The notes under the pieces were generated by a model that was given only the letters and a program-made list of their open reading frames with translations, was not told the origin of the DNA and searched no databases. Positions 20,646-29,874 of a stretch of 46,029 nucleotides of DNA are shown piece after piece. The stretch's first letter is position 1; the number at the start of each line of letters is the position of its first letter. Made by a program: the position numbers and the translations under genes. Origin of the DNA: Candidatus Nanopelagicales bacterium. GTDB lineage: Bacteria; Actinomycetota; Actinomycetes; S36-B12. The stretch spans positions 1 to 46,029 of the forward strand of contig JBIIOU010000003.1 of assembly GCA_044336815.1 (NCBI GenBank), given 5' to 3'.

Positions 20646-21668
20646 TTGCAAAATTTCATTCCGAGAATTGGCATTACCCTTGGTGACCCAGCCGGTATCG
20701 GAACTGAAATCGCAGTGCGAACCCTCGAGGACAACTCGATTTATCAGCTTTGTCACCCGATACTTTTCGGCTCACCCGATGTGGTTGCTAGGGAGTTAAA
20801 GCAACTGGGCTCAAATTCAACCCTGAAGGTTGTTTCGCCGATGGATGAGGTTTCCAGCTCAGCAACTGAGGTTTTGGTGGTGGAGACCTCTGGCGCCGAG
20901 GCCCTCGTACCTTACGGACAGATCTCCGAGGCAGGCGGCGAAGCAGCGGTCAAGTCAATAAAAGCTGCTGTCACTGCGGCCCTAGCCGGCGAGATAGATG
21001 CGATAACGACCGCGCCGTTGAACAAAGAGTCGATGAGAAACGCTGGGTTTCATTACGACGGGCACACTGAGTTGCTCGCCGAACTAACCGGGTGTTCCTC
21101 GGTGAGCATGCTGCTGATCGGCAATCAACTTCGAGTAGCTCACTTGACTACGCATTCAGCGCTTAGAACCGTCTCCGATAAAATTACCGAGGAGAGATTA
21201 CGCGAGGTGATCCGAATCGCATTCGAAGCCATGCGCAATTATGGATTCGAGAGCCCAAGAGTCGCGGTGGCTGGCATCAACCCACATTGCGGGGAAAACG
21301 GCCTATTCGGTGACGAGGAAATAAAATTGATGCGTCCGGTAATTGAAAGCATCGCGGCCACCGGAATTGACGTACGAGGCCCTATTTCACCGGATGCGGT
21401 ATTTATAGAGGCCATGGCAGATAAGCATGACATCGTGGTTGTTGCCTACCATGATCAAGGCCACATACCGGTTAAGTTGATTGAGCGCGACCACGCGGTT
21501 AACGTCTCCGGCGGGCTCCCTATTATTCGAACCTCGGTTGATCACGGAACGGCCTTCGATATTGCAGGAAAAGGCATAGCGGATATCGTCAATATGAAAG
21601 CCGCAATTACGATGGCGGCCAAGATGGCGGTCGGCCGAGAGGCCGCGGGCAGGGCCAAATCTGCCTAG
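20646..21668 (+). CDS. pdxA: PdxA-family dehydrogenase (4-phospho-tetronate / 4-hydroxythreonine-4-phosphate)
   Basis: GDPAGIGTE, TAPLNK, GHTE, NPHCGE, YHDQGH and RTSVDHGTAFDIAG motifs. Next to a DUF1537 kinase, which suggests the PdxA2 type. Confidence 0.93.
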   Translation: MQNFIPRIGITLGDPAGIGTEIAVRTLEDNSIYQLCHPILFGSPDVVARELKQLGSNSTLKVVSPMDEVSSSATEVLVVETSGAEALVPYGQISEAGGEAAVKSIKAAVTAALAGEIDAITTAPLNKESMRNAGFHYDGHTELLAELTGCSSVSMLLIGNQLRVAHLTTHSALRTVSDKITEERLREVIRIAFEAMRNYGFESPRVAVAGINPHCGENGLFGDEEIKLMRPVIESIAATGIDVRGPISPDAVFIEAMADKHDIVVVAYHDQGHIPVKLIERDHAVNVSGGLPIIRTSVDHGTAFDIAGKGIADIVNMKAAITMAAKMAVGREAAGRAKSA

Positions 21669-21852
21669 CAAAAATCAGCGCTATGAGCGGCTTATTCGGC
21701 AAATCGAGAGCCCGCGAAGGTGTGATTTAGGCAACCCGTTGATGCTTTAGTTCGTTGGCAATTTAGTACGGCCCAACGTACCCCCGCGGGCCCGGCTGCC
21801 CTACAATTCGGGGCACTGATTAAAGCAAATTATGACACGTAGGAGTAAGCCG

Positions 21853-22572
21853 GTGAGCATCTCAATCAATTCCGATATGGGTGAATCCCTCGGTATCCAC
21901 TCTTTCGGAAATGACGATGGTCTACTTGAATTAGTTGATACCGCCAACATCGCGTGCGGGTTTCATTCCGGGGATCCCAGCGGCATCCATGCGACAGTAA
22001 TCAAGGCAGCCGAGGCCCAGGTCACCATAGGTGCGCATCCAGGACTCCCAGATATTGCCGGCTTTGGGCGCCGCGAAATGAAGCTTGATGCCGATGAGGT
22101 TCGCGATATCGTCCTGTATCAAGTTGGTGCGCTAGGCGGGTTTTTGAAAGCTGAAGGACTAGAGCTTCACCACATAAAGCCGCACGGATCACTTTATGGG
22201 ATGCTCTCGCGCGACGAGACTCTCATGGAAGCAGTCTGCGATGTTGCAGAGATTTACGGAGTTCCAGTTTTTGGTATGGCTGGTACCGCGCACGAGCGAG
22301 TTACCGCGCGCCGTGGAGTGCCATTTGTGTCCGAAGTTTATGTCGATTTGGACTACCGGTCAGACGGCACTTTGATTATCGCCCGTCGTCCGCAGCGCAC
22401 TCCGTTGGATAAAGTCGAAGCAACCACCCGGCGAGCCCTGGAATCAAGCACCGTACTAACCGAGTCTGGTGAATTACTACCGGTGATATTCGAGAGCATT
22501 TGTGTGCACTCGGATACCCCGAATGCAATAGATGTAGCCCGTGTTGTGCGAAGTGTCATGAGTGAGTTCTGA
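21853..22572 (+). CDS. pxpA: LamB/YcsF family protein, paralogue 2
   Basis: INSDMGES, NIACGFHSGDP, GAHPG, HIKPHG and ICVHSDTP motifs. AGGAG RBS before the GTG at 21853. Confidence 0.9.
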   Translation: MSISINSDMGESLGIHSFGNDDGLLELVDTANIACGFHSGDPSGIHATVIKAAEAQVTIGAHPGLPDIAGFGRREMKLDADEVRDIVLYQVGALGGFLKAEGLELHHIKPHGSLYGMLSRDETLMEAVCDVAEIYGVPVFGMAGTAHERVTARRGVPFVSEVYVDLDYRSDGTLIIARRPQRTPLDKVEATTRRALESSTVLTESGELLPVIFESICVHSDTPNAIDVARVVRSVMSEF

Positions 22573-22611
22573 GTAGCTATTTAGTCCCGCATTACTATCC
22601 AAGGAGCGACT

Positions 22612-22860
22612 GTGGCAATTCACGAAGTTCAATCTCCCATCCCAGGGATCTTTTACCGGCGCCCGAGTCCGGATCAACCTGAGTACTTCAACCTCGGCGA
22701 TACGGTTTCCGCTGACGACACCATTGGCTTAGTTGAGGTTATGAAGCAATTTGCGGAAATTAAAGCCGGGGCCGATGGTGTGATTACGGCCTTCCACGTG
22801 GATAGCGAGGCAATAATTGGCCCAGGGGATCTCATCGCGTCTATCGAAACCATCGCGTAA
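22612..22860 (+). CDS. Stand-alone biotin carboxyl carrier protein
   Basis: SPIPGIFYRRPSP and EVMKQ biotinylation motif. Confidence 0.92.
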   Translation: MAIHEVQSPIPGIFYRRPSPDQPEYFNLGDTVSADDTIGLVEVMKQFAEIKAGADGVITAFHVDSEAIIGPGDLIASIETIA

Positions 22861-24189
22861 ATGCGGAAACTCCTCATCGCAAATCGAGGTGAAATCGCGG
22901 TTCGAATCATCCGGGCTGCACGTGAACTTGGTATTGAAACAGTTGCGGTAGCGAGTGAAGCAGATGCTGAGGCACTACATGCTCGCGCTGCGGATTCATG
23001 CATTGTTATTGGCCCCGCGGCGGCCGGCAAGAGCTACCTAAATGAGCAATTGATCCTCGATGCAGCATTGTCAGCGGGAGCCGACGCCATCCACCCCGGC
23101 TACGGGTTTCTATCTGAGCGTGCAGCGTTTGCCCAAGCAGTTATCGATGCAGGCTTGACGTGGGTGGGCCCAAACCCGAGTTCAATCACCCAAATGGGCG
23201 ATAAGGCGCAGGCCATTAAAACAGCCTTGGCTGCGGGTGTACCAACGATCCCAGGCTCGAACGGGCCCGTTGCGAGCGTGGATGAAGCGGTTGAAGTGGC
23301 AGCAAGAACCGGGTACCCACTAGTTATTAAGGCGTCAGCGGGTGGTGGCGGTAAAGGCATCCGGGTTGCAGCTGACGAAGCTGAACTTCGGTCATTAATC
23401 CCTATCGCTCAGGCTGAGTCACTTGCGGCCTTTGGCAGTGATGAAGTTTATCTGGAACGCATGGTGACTGGCGCGAAGCACATTGAGGTCCAGGTATTTG
23501 GCGACGGTGAAACTTTCGTTCATTTGGGTGAGCGGGAGTGTTCAGTGCAACGCCGCCGCCAGAAACTTATTGAGGAGACACCAGCCCCATTACTCCCAGC
23601 GGCGGTGCGTGCGGAAATTTGCTCCGCAGCGGTGGCTCTCGCCGCCGCCGTCAAGTATCACGGTGCGGGCACAGTCGAGTTTCTATACGAGCCAAAGACT
23701 TCGGGCTACTACTTCATCGAGATGAACACCAGAATCCAAGTTGAGCATCCAATCACCGAGGCCGTGACGGGGATCGACCTAGTGGTTGAACAGCTGCGGG
23801 TGGCGGCGGGAGAAAAACTGTCATTTTCGCAGGAGGATGTAATGGCTAGGGGCCATGCCATTGAAGTACGTTTAAATGCAGAAGATCCAAGTTTTCAATT
23901 TATGCCTTCACCGGGCTATCTTGAGAAATTCAATCTGCCGTCAGGGCCATTCATTCGAATCGATAGTGGCTTCACGGTCGGCGACACCATCACCCCGTAC
24001 TACGATTCGTTATTGGCCAAGGTAATTTCGTGGGGAAGAACACGTGAAGAGTCACTAAGTCGCATGCGTCGCGCCCTATATGAAATGGAAGTTGTCGGTG
24101 TTAAGACCACTTCTAGTTTCCTGTTACAAGTTATTGATTCGCCAGGCTTTATCGATGGTAGCTACGACACCCTGTTTTTGGAGTCCTGA
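22861..24189 (+). CDS. Biotin carboxylase
   Basis: IANRGEIA, HPGYGFLSE, GGGGKG, RECSVQRR, EMNTRIQVEH and YYDSLLAK motifs. Confidence 0.96.
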   Translation: MRKLLIANRGEIAVRIIRAARELGIETVAVASEADAEALHARAADSCIVIGPAAAGKSYLNEQLILDAALSAGADAIHPGYGFLSERAAFAQAVIDAGLTWVGPNPSSITQMGDKAQAIKTALAAGVPTIPGSNGPVASVDEAVEVAARTGYPLVIKASAGGGGKGIRVAADEAELRSLIPIAQAESLAAFGSDEVYLERMVTGAKHIEVQVFGDGETFVHLGERECSVQRRRQKLIEETPAPLLPAAVRAEICSAAVALAAAVKYHGAGTVEFLYEPKTSGYYFIEMNTRIQVEHPITEAVTGIDLVVEQLRVAAGEKLSFSQEDVMARGHAIEVRLNAEDPSFQFMPSPGYLEKFNLPSGPFIRIDSGFTVGDTITPYYDSLLAKVISWGRTREESLSRMRRALYEMEVVGVKTTSSFLLQVIDSPGFIDGSYDTLFLES

Positions 24190-24234
24190 CCCGCAGATCG
24201 GGCACCGACCTGACTGCTTTCGAGAAGGAGCAAA

Positions 24235-25122
24235 ATGAGCATGGAGACGAGCCGCTATACCTGGGGCGCCGATGAGCATTTGGTCGTCCAGTTGTCGCAA
24301 TCCATGAGCCTACGGGCAAATTTTCAGGCTATGGCTATGGGTAGTGACCTCAAAGCACAGGAAATCGCAGGCATAACTGATATTTACCCAGGGAATGCCT
24401 CCTTCTTGGTGCGCTTCAATCCAGATGAGATTGATCCATATGAGGTTGAGAAACTGGTGAGAGCGGCTGAACTGCGGCTTGAGGATGGCGCAGTGCGAGG
24501 TATTGAGACTCGAATTTGTGAGGTACCGGTCTGGTACAACGACCCGTACACGAATGAGACGGGATCCAGATTTCGTGACCGACATCAAACCCCGGATTTG
24601 ACGGACCTAGAGTTTGCCGCCCAACAAAACAATCTGCCAAGTGTCGAAGCATTTATTGAGGCTCACGCGGGTGCTCCGTGGATCACCTCAATGCTCGGGT
24701 TCGTCGCTGGCTTGCCTTGGTTCTTTCAAATGGTTCCGCAGGAGCGTCAGTTGCAGGTGCCGAAGTACGTGCGGCCTCGCACCGACACCCCAAAACAAAC
24801 CATCGGGCACGGAGGCTGCTTCAGTGCCATTTACAGCGTCCGTGGCGCTGGGGGCTACCAAATGTTTGGAATCACCCCAGTTCCGATTTACGACCCAGAA
24901 AACAAACTCCCGGACTTTGCCGAAACGATGATCTTTTTTAGGCCCGGTGACATCGTAAAGTTTCGGGCAATTGACGAGCCTGAATTCCGCACGATCGAGG
25001 CGGCTGTTGAAGCCCGCACCTATCGGTATAAACAAGCGCCAGTTTCATTTGTCCTAGAAGAGTATGAGGCTTCACCTGACCTATATAACGAAAAGTTGAT
25101 CGGGGCGCTAAATGCCAGTTGA
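24235..25122 (+). CDS. PxpB / allophanate hydrolase subunit 1-like carboxyltransferase domain protein
   Basis: GADEHL, GFVAGLP, PKYVRPRT and GAGGYQMFGITP motifs, as in the urea-carboxylase CT-like domain. Confidence 0.88.
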   Translation: MSMETSRYTWGADEHLVVQLSQSMSLRANFQAMAMGSDLKAQEIAGITDIYPGNASFLVRFNPDEIDPYEVEKLVRAAELRLEDGAVRGIETRICEVPVWYNDPYTNETGSRFRDRHQTPDLTDLEFAAQQNNLPSVEAFIEAHAGAPWITSMLGFVAGLPWFFQMVPQERQLQVPKYVRPRTDTPKQTIGHGGCFSAIYSVRGAGGYQMFGITPVPIYDPENKLPDFAETMIFFRPGDIVKFRAIDEPEFRTIEAAVEARTYRYKQAPVSFVLEEYEASPDLYNEKLIGALNAS

Positions 25123-26074
25123 AGTAATAAACCCAGGTCTTGCAACTTCAATTCAAGATTTAGGCCGGCAAGGTCATTACAACGTCGGCATACCTCCATC
25201 CGGTGCGGTTGATAGGTACGCCGCCATTGCCGCAAACACTCTCGTAGGTAATGGGGCGGGGGAGGCCGTCTTTGAATCGGCCTACATGGGACCAAAACTT
25301 CGTTTCACGGAGCCTGGTGTGGTTGCGGTGACAGGGGCGCAGGCGCCGGTATTCATAAATGGCACAGCTGCACCAAGCTGGGAGTCACTACAGGTGGCCG
25401 CTGGTGATGAACTTTCCTTTGGGATATTTACGTCGGGTGCGCGCATTTACATCGCGGTGGCCGGGGGGATAAATGTGCCCATAGTTTTAGGGAGCCGATC
25501 CCACTATGCGCTGGGAGCGATCGGAGGTTTCGAAGGGCGAAATCTATTAGCCGGTGACAGCATTCCGATTGGGCAGTCGGCCGGAACACCGGGTCGGGCT
25601 GTGCCAGAGGAGATGCGCCCGGTGCACGCGCGCGAGATTGACGTCCGAATTGTGCTCGGCCTTTACGACTTCAGGCTTTCTGAAAATGGACTTTCGGCGC
25701 TGATCGACAAGCCATGGCAGTTAACTACGGTCGCAGACCGCATCGGATTCCGTTATGCCGGTAACACCCTCGAGTGGGTTCCGCGCGAGCAGCCATTTGG
25801 TGCTGGGTCTGACCCGTCGAACATTACCGACGCCCCATATCCAGTCGGATCTATACAGGTTCCAGCCGGTACCGAGCCGATAATTTTGCACAGGGATGCT
25901 GTCTCAGGTGGGGGTTATGCCCAAGTCGGCACCGTGATCAGCGCCGACATGGATCTAGTTGGCCAAAGCTCGCCCGGCACCCAGACGAGATTTCGCCCGG
26001 TGTCAGTTGACGAGGCGCTAGATGCCCGCAGGCAGTACATGGATCGCCAGCGCAAACTAATTCAACTTTGGTGA
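25112..26074 (+). CDS. PxpC / allophanate hydrolase subunit 2-like protein
   Basis: PGLATSIQDLGR, GIPPSG, ANTLVGN, LGSRS, DRIGFR, GSIQVP and GGYA motifs. Confidence 0.9.
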   Translation: MPVEVINPGLATSIQDLGRQGHYNVGIPPSGAVDRYAAIAANTLVGNGAGEAVFESAYMGPKLRFTEPGVVAVTGAQAPVFINGTAAPSWESLQVAAGDELSFGIFTSGARIYIAVAGGINVPIVLGSRSHYALGAIGGFEGRNLLAGDSIPIGQSAGTPGRAVPEEMRPVHAREIDVRIVLGLYDFRLSENGLSALIDKPWQLTTVADRIGFRYAGNTLEWVPREQPFGAGSDPSNITDAPYPVGSIQVPAGTEPIILHRDAVSGGGYAQVGTVISADMDLVGQSSPGTQTRFRPVSVDEALDARRQYMDRQRKLIQLW

Positions 26075-26088
26075 AAGGTCTGCGAAAC

Positions 26089-26499
26089 TCAAGCTGGTAG
26101 ATGACCGGCAGGCATGGTGTTATTCCCGTCTAGTAATTCGATTGTGATGTATCGGATTGGCTTGTCACCTACATTTGCTAGGTCGTGCAGCAAGATGTCA
26201 CCATCGCGAAATGTGAAGAATTTTACCTGTCCTCGATCTGGCGTCATTGACATCTGTTCACCGTGGTTTCCTTCGCGAATAATTCTTTGGACTATTGGGC
26301 CGGGGTCGGCTGCAACCCAGAAATAATCAATGGTGTGACAGTGGAAAGGGGCATGCTGCCCAGGTTGAAGAGCTAACTCCCAGACTCGTACCCGAGAGTT
26401 CTCAAAAAGCAAAGTTGTACCTACCGAAAAGTTACTCATACCAGCTGCTATTTCCTCCGCGCAGTCACTGGCATCGAATTCAGTTATTACAGGTGTCAT
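26089..26499 (-). CDS. Small cupin-domain protein
   Basis: LFENSRVRVWELALQPG, FHCH and H..NVG cupin pattern. GGGAG RBS. Confidence 0.8.
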   Translation of the reverse strand: MTPVITEFDASDCAEEIAAGMSNFSVGTTLLFENSRVRVWELALQPGQHAPFHCHTIDYFWVAADPGPIVQRIIREGNHGEQMSMTPDRGQVKFFTFRDGDILLHDLANVGDKPIRYITIELLDGNNTMPAGHLPA

Positions 26500-26514
26500 T
26501 TGCTGCTCCCTCTA

Positions 26515-26536
26515 ATTGTCGGAATACTGTGACAAT
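26515..26536. promoter_or_regulatory. Candidate operator palindrome upstream of the cupin gene
   Basis: ATTGTC-N10-GACAAT inverted repeat in an AT-rich intergenic region. Confidence 0.3.
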
Positions 26537-26708
26537 GCTAGAGGTGAAGAAACTTGATGAAGACTTTTCGCGCTATAAAAAAATCTGCTGCAGGACTTTA
26601 GCTTCTAGTCGTTGAAGAACACAAAAGCGACCAACGATTATTGAGCAATAACACGATCACATCGGACTTAACTAGGTGACACAATGCCCAGGATCTGTGG
26701 GGAGTGGC

Positions 26709-27587
26709 CTATGTGATGGCCGGCTGCTTACGTGAAATCTCTATAACGACGGAGTCATCTTCGCGTTCGTGGCCCTCATCGCGCCCTTGCGCGAACAACC
26801 CGAGTGCGGCACTCGCCAATGGGGTCCCCAGGGAGTGGGCGGCTGCCTCAGCAGTAACTAGGCCGAGGTCTTTAACAAATAGGCCAAGTGCACTTCGCAC
26901 AATTTCCTGAGGCCCTTCGACCATTCTGCGGCCCCGGTCTTCGAACATAAAAGAGGTTGCGGCGCCGCCGCGCAATGCCGACCAGCACTGATTGGCATCG
27001 AGGCCCAGGGATTCGGCAAAAGCAAGCGCTTCACCGGCAGCGGCTATGTGAACACCACACAGCAGTTGGTTTACCAGTTTGGCTTTCTGTGCATCACCAG
27101 GGATTTCACCGAAGTCAGCCACTTCTCGGGCCATCAGGAGTATCAATGGCATGGCCTTGGCTTTATTGGAGTCACTTCCGCTGACCATGAAAAGCAAATC
27201 ACCGGCTTCGGCGCGCGCGACGCCGCCGGAAACAGGGGCGTCCACCAGGCCTATACCCAACTTTCCGAGCCGCTCAGCGCAGCTGACCGCAACTTCAACT
27301 CCCACGGTCGCGGTGACGATCACCACGCTGCCAGGCGCCATAACTTTGGCTACCCCATCTGGGCCGAAGAGCACCGATTCAAGCTGAGCACCGGTAGCAA
27401 CCATAACAAACAAAAGGTCTGCATTTTCGCCGACTTGATCCAGGCTCACCGAGAGCGCACCGGCTTCAACAACCTGAGCTACCTTGGCTGCATCCAAATC
27501 GAAGGCGGAAACCCCGTAACCTCCACGAGAGAGCACCGACGCCATTGGCAATCCCATGGCGCCTAAGCCGATCCATCCTACGTTCAC
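26709..27587 (-). CDS. Beta-hydroxyacid dehydrogenase (L-threonate dehydrogenase LtnD-like)
   Basis: GWIGLGAMG, VDAPVSGG and KLVNQLLCGVHIAAAGEA motifs. Confidence 0.88.
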   Translation of the reverse strand: MNVGWIGLGAMGLPMASVLSRGGYGVSAFDLDAAKVAQVVEAGALSVSLDQVGENADLLFVMVATGAQLESVLFGPDGVAKVMAPGSVVIVTATVGVEVAVSCAERLGKLGIGLVDAPVSGGVARAEAGDLLFMVSGSDSNKAKAMPLILLMAREVADFGEIPGDAQKAKLVNQLLCGVHIAAAGEALAFAESLGLDANQCWSALRGGAATSFMFEDRGRRMVEGPQEIVRSALGLFVKDLGLVTAEAAAHSLGTPLASAALGLFAQGRDEGHEREDDSVVIEISRKQPAIT

Positions 27588-27662
27588 TTACTTCCCTTTC
27601 ATTCAATTTGTGGTTTGGTGCTGAACTCAGATTGATAGCTTCGATAAGCGAACCCTCGCTAC

Positions 27663-29129
27663 CTACCCTTCAAGAATTTCAACCGCGCGGGTGAGTGTAT
27701 TTTCGTCGCCCACGTTTCCAGGAAAAACAATATAGGGAATGCTCTGGCAGTCCGAACTTGCAACGAGTGGCCTAAAAACTGAAATATTGCCGGGGAACAA
27801 TTGCCCAAGTACTCGCGCACGGGTAATTCCCAAACCCTGCACGGCAAGATCATGCGAAGTGATACCACCTTTTGCAATTACCCATTCGGGGAAGTGTGCC
27901 GCGATTAGTCGCAAAATATTGGACATGCCAGCAGAAACACTTCTTGCAATGTCGAGGTTTTCAGCTATATCGGCACCTGGCACCACTGTGCGACTGGTGG
28001 AGATTAAGGTGATGTTTTCCTTAAGTGATTCGATCGCTTGTTTGGCGACTTCATTCACGTACTCCAACCTTCCCGCACCAGTAACTAAGAGTTGTGCCAC
28101 ATCAACCACCAAGTGATTTACCGAACGGTTAGTGAGCAAAGAGTCCATTTGGCTGGTGCTGAGAGCGGTATGTGAGCCCACCATTATCAAGCCTCGCGAA
28201 TTTGTTTCGGGGCGTGGTGGTAGACCTGCCCAAATTACCTCTTTAGTAACAGGTGGAATTGTCTCAATGCCGAGCAGCGGCTTAACGAAAGATGGCCCAC
28301 TGCGGAACACGAAAGTCCCGCCGAGTCGCTCAGCTCGAGTAACACCAAGTGCCACAATCTCAAGATCGGAATAGTCGAGGGCGTTCACTACAACCCAAGA
28401 CCCGGCGGGAACTCCTAAGAGAATTTCGGCGACAGCGTCGGGGCCTCCAAGACGAATAACGTCAAGCGATAAAGAAGCTACATCTTCTGCCTTGATTGAA
28501 CCTTTACTTTTCTCCTCTAGGAAATCCCGTAGGTCGGAGTTGGCGTAGCCAAATGATGAATCTTTTGAGTACTCCGTTTCGGAGACCGGGCGCATCTCAC
28601 CTGAAACTTTGGCCCAATGTGTATCATCTGCGGTCATTCGCGCCGCCTCGATAAATGCAGGTGCGAAGAGGATTGCCTGAAAGCCTTGCCCAGTTGACTG
28701 AACCTGTGCTTTTTCTAGCACGGCAATTTCGGCGATCACGTGCCCGCGGAGCGTGGAGTCACTTCTACTCACGAAACGAACCACAACGTCGTCGTCGCGC
28801 AACAACTCGAGGATATTTCGCACCAAGGTAGAGGTGAGTTCTATGGCCTCACTTTCAGCTAGGCTGCGAGTGTTGGTGAGAACGAAACACGAACCGTTGC
28901 CTTCGCGCAGGGCCCGCACGACTTCGCCGGCCTCAGGGATAAGCACCACATCTATCCCGTGCACCGCCTGCGAGCCTGTTGGGTCATCGTCCAGAACAAC
29001 CGTGAAATAGCGGTTTGCCGCGAGAAATTCTTGGATTTCGCGGGTGGCCTCGGCAGCAGGATTTTGGGGGGGCACGTCGAGACCTTCGAAGGTATTGCCG
29101 GTGCCTGCCGCTGGCGTAGAGGGTGTCAT
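27663..29129 (-). CDS. Four-carbon acid sugar kinase (DUF1537, DDDPTG type)
   Basis: VVLDDDPTGSQ, LTNTRS, SRSDSTLRGH, AKGGITS and VFPGNVG motifs. Confidence 0.9.
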   Translation of the reverse strand: MTPSTPAAGTGNTFEGLDVPPQNPAAEATREIQEFLAANRYFTVVLDDDPTGSQAVHGIDVVLIPEAGEVVRALREGNGSCFVLTNTRSLAESEAIELTSTLVRNILELLRDDDVVVRFVSRSDSTLRGHVIAEIAVLEKAQVQSTGQGFQAILFAPAFIEAARMTADDTHWAKVSGEMRPVSETEYSKDSSFGYANSDLRDFLEEKSKGSIKAEDVASLSLDVIRLGGPDAVAEILLGVPAGSWVVVNALDYSDLEIVALGVTRAERLGGTFVFRSGPSFVKPLLGIETIPPVTKEVIWAGLPPRPETNSRGLIMVGSHTALSTSQMDSLLTNRSVNHLVVDVAQLLVTGAGRLEYVNEVAKQAIESLKENITLISTSRTVVPGADIAENLDIARSVSAGMSNILRLIAAHFPEWVIAKGGITSHDLAVQGLGITRARVLGQLFPGNISVFRPLVASSDCQSIPYIVFPGNVGDENTLTRAVEILEG

Positions 29130-29313
29130 AAAAGGCCTTCCCCTCAGCTCAAGGCTGTTATCGCAGGTTTTTAGTTAATTCAGCAGGATTTCAGGTAGAA
29201 CGCAAATGTATCTGAACAGGGGCAGGCCCATTGACCGGCCTTACTGGAGGGGATTGACTTTGGCCCAAATCCGGCATTGGTGTTACCGTTAGGGCCTACG
29301 GAAGGGTAGCTAA

Positions 29314-29871
29314 ATGACTTGGATTCTTATCGCGATATTGGTGCTAGTTGTCATCTTGGTGCTTGTCGGCTTCAGCCAGTTCAACAAGCTGCGCCGCCTC
29401 AATCTGCTGTGCACCGGTGCCCTTGGCGATATCGATACTTTACTCACCAAACGAGCTGACTTAATCCCGAACTTGGTATCAACCGTCCAAGGAGCCAAGG
29501 ATTTCGAATCGTCAACCCTTGAGGCCGTTACGCAAGCCCGTACCGCTGGTATGCAGGCGCAGAGCCTAGAGGCCAAAGCTGAGGCTGACGGGATGTTGAC
29601 CCAAGCACTCGGCAAGTTGTTCGCTCTTGCTGAGGCGTATCCAGCGCTGACGGCTACCGAGAACTTCCGGTTGCTTCAGGTCCAGATATCAGAGATCGAA
29701 AGTCAGCTGCAGTTCGCGCGCCAGTTCTATAACGACACCGTTGTCACGCTCAACACCGCCGTTGTCACGGTGCCGTCGATGTGGTTCACCGGTATCGCCA
29801 AGGTGACCGAGCGTTCGGTTTACGCTGAGACCGATGAAACCAAGCGAGCCGTGCCAAAGGTTGAGTTCTAG
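29314..29871 (+). CDS. lemA: LemA family protein
   Basis: N-terminal TM, then KRADLIPNLV, AEAYPAL and ARQFYND motifs. Confidence 0.93.
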   Translation: MTWILIAILVLVVILVLVGFSQFNKLRRLNLLCTGALGDIDTLLTKRADLIPNLVSTVQGAKDFESSTLEAVTQARTAGMQAQSLEAKAEADGMLTQALGKLFALAEAYPALTATENFRLLQVQISEIESQLQFARQFYNDTVVTLNTAVVTVPSMWFTGIAKVTERSVYAETDETKRAVPKVEF

Positions 29872-29874
29872 CAG

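Noticed and set aside
20535-20756. N-terminal extension of the DUF1537 kinase in the ORF track
   Set aside because: It overlaps pdxA on the opposite strand. The family motif and RBS place the start at 20534.
22612-24189. Acetyl-CoA carboxylase accB/accC for fatty acid synthesis
   Set aside because: No AccA/AccD-type carboxyltransferase. The genes are flanked by LamB and PxpB/C-like genes instead.
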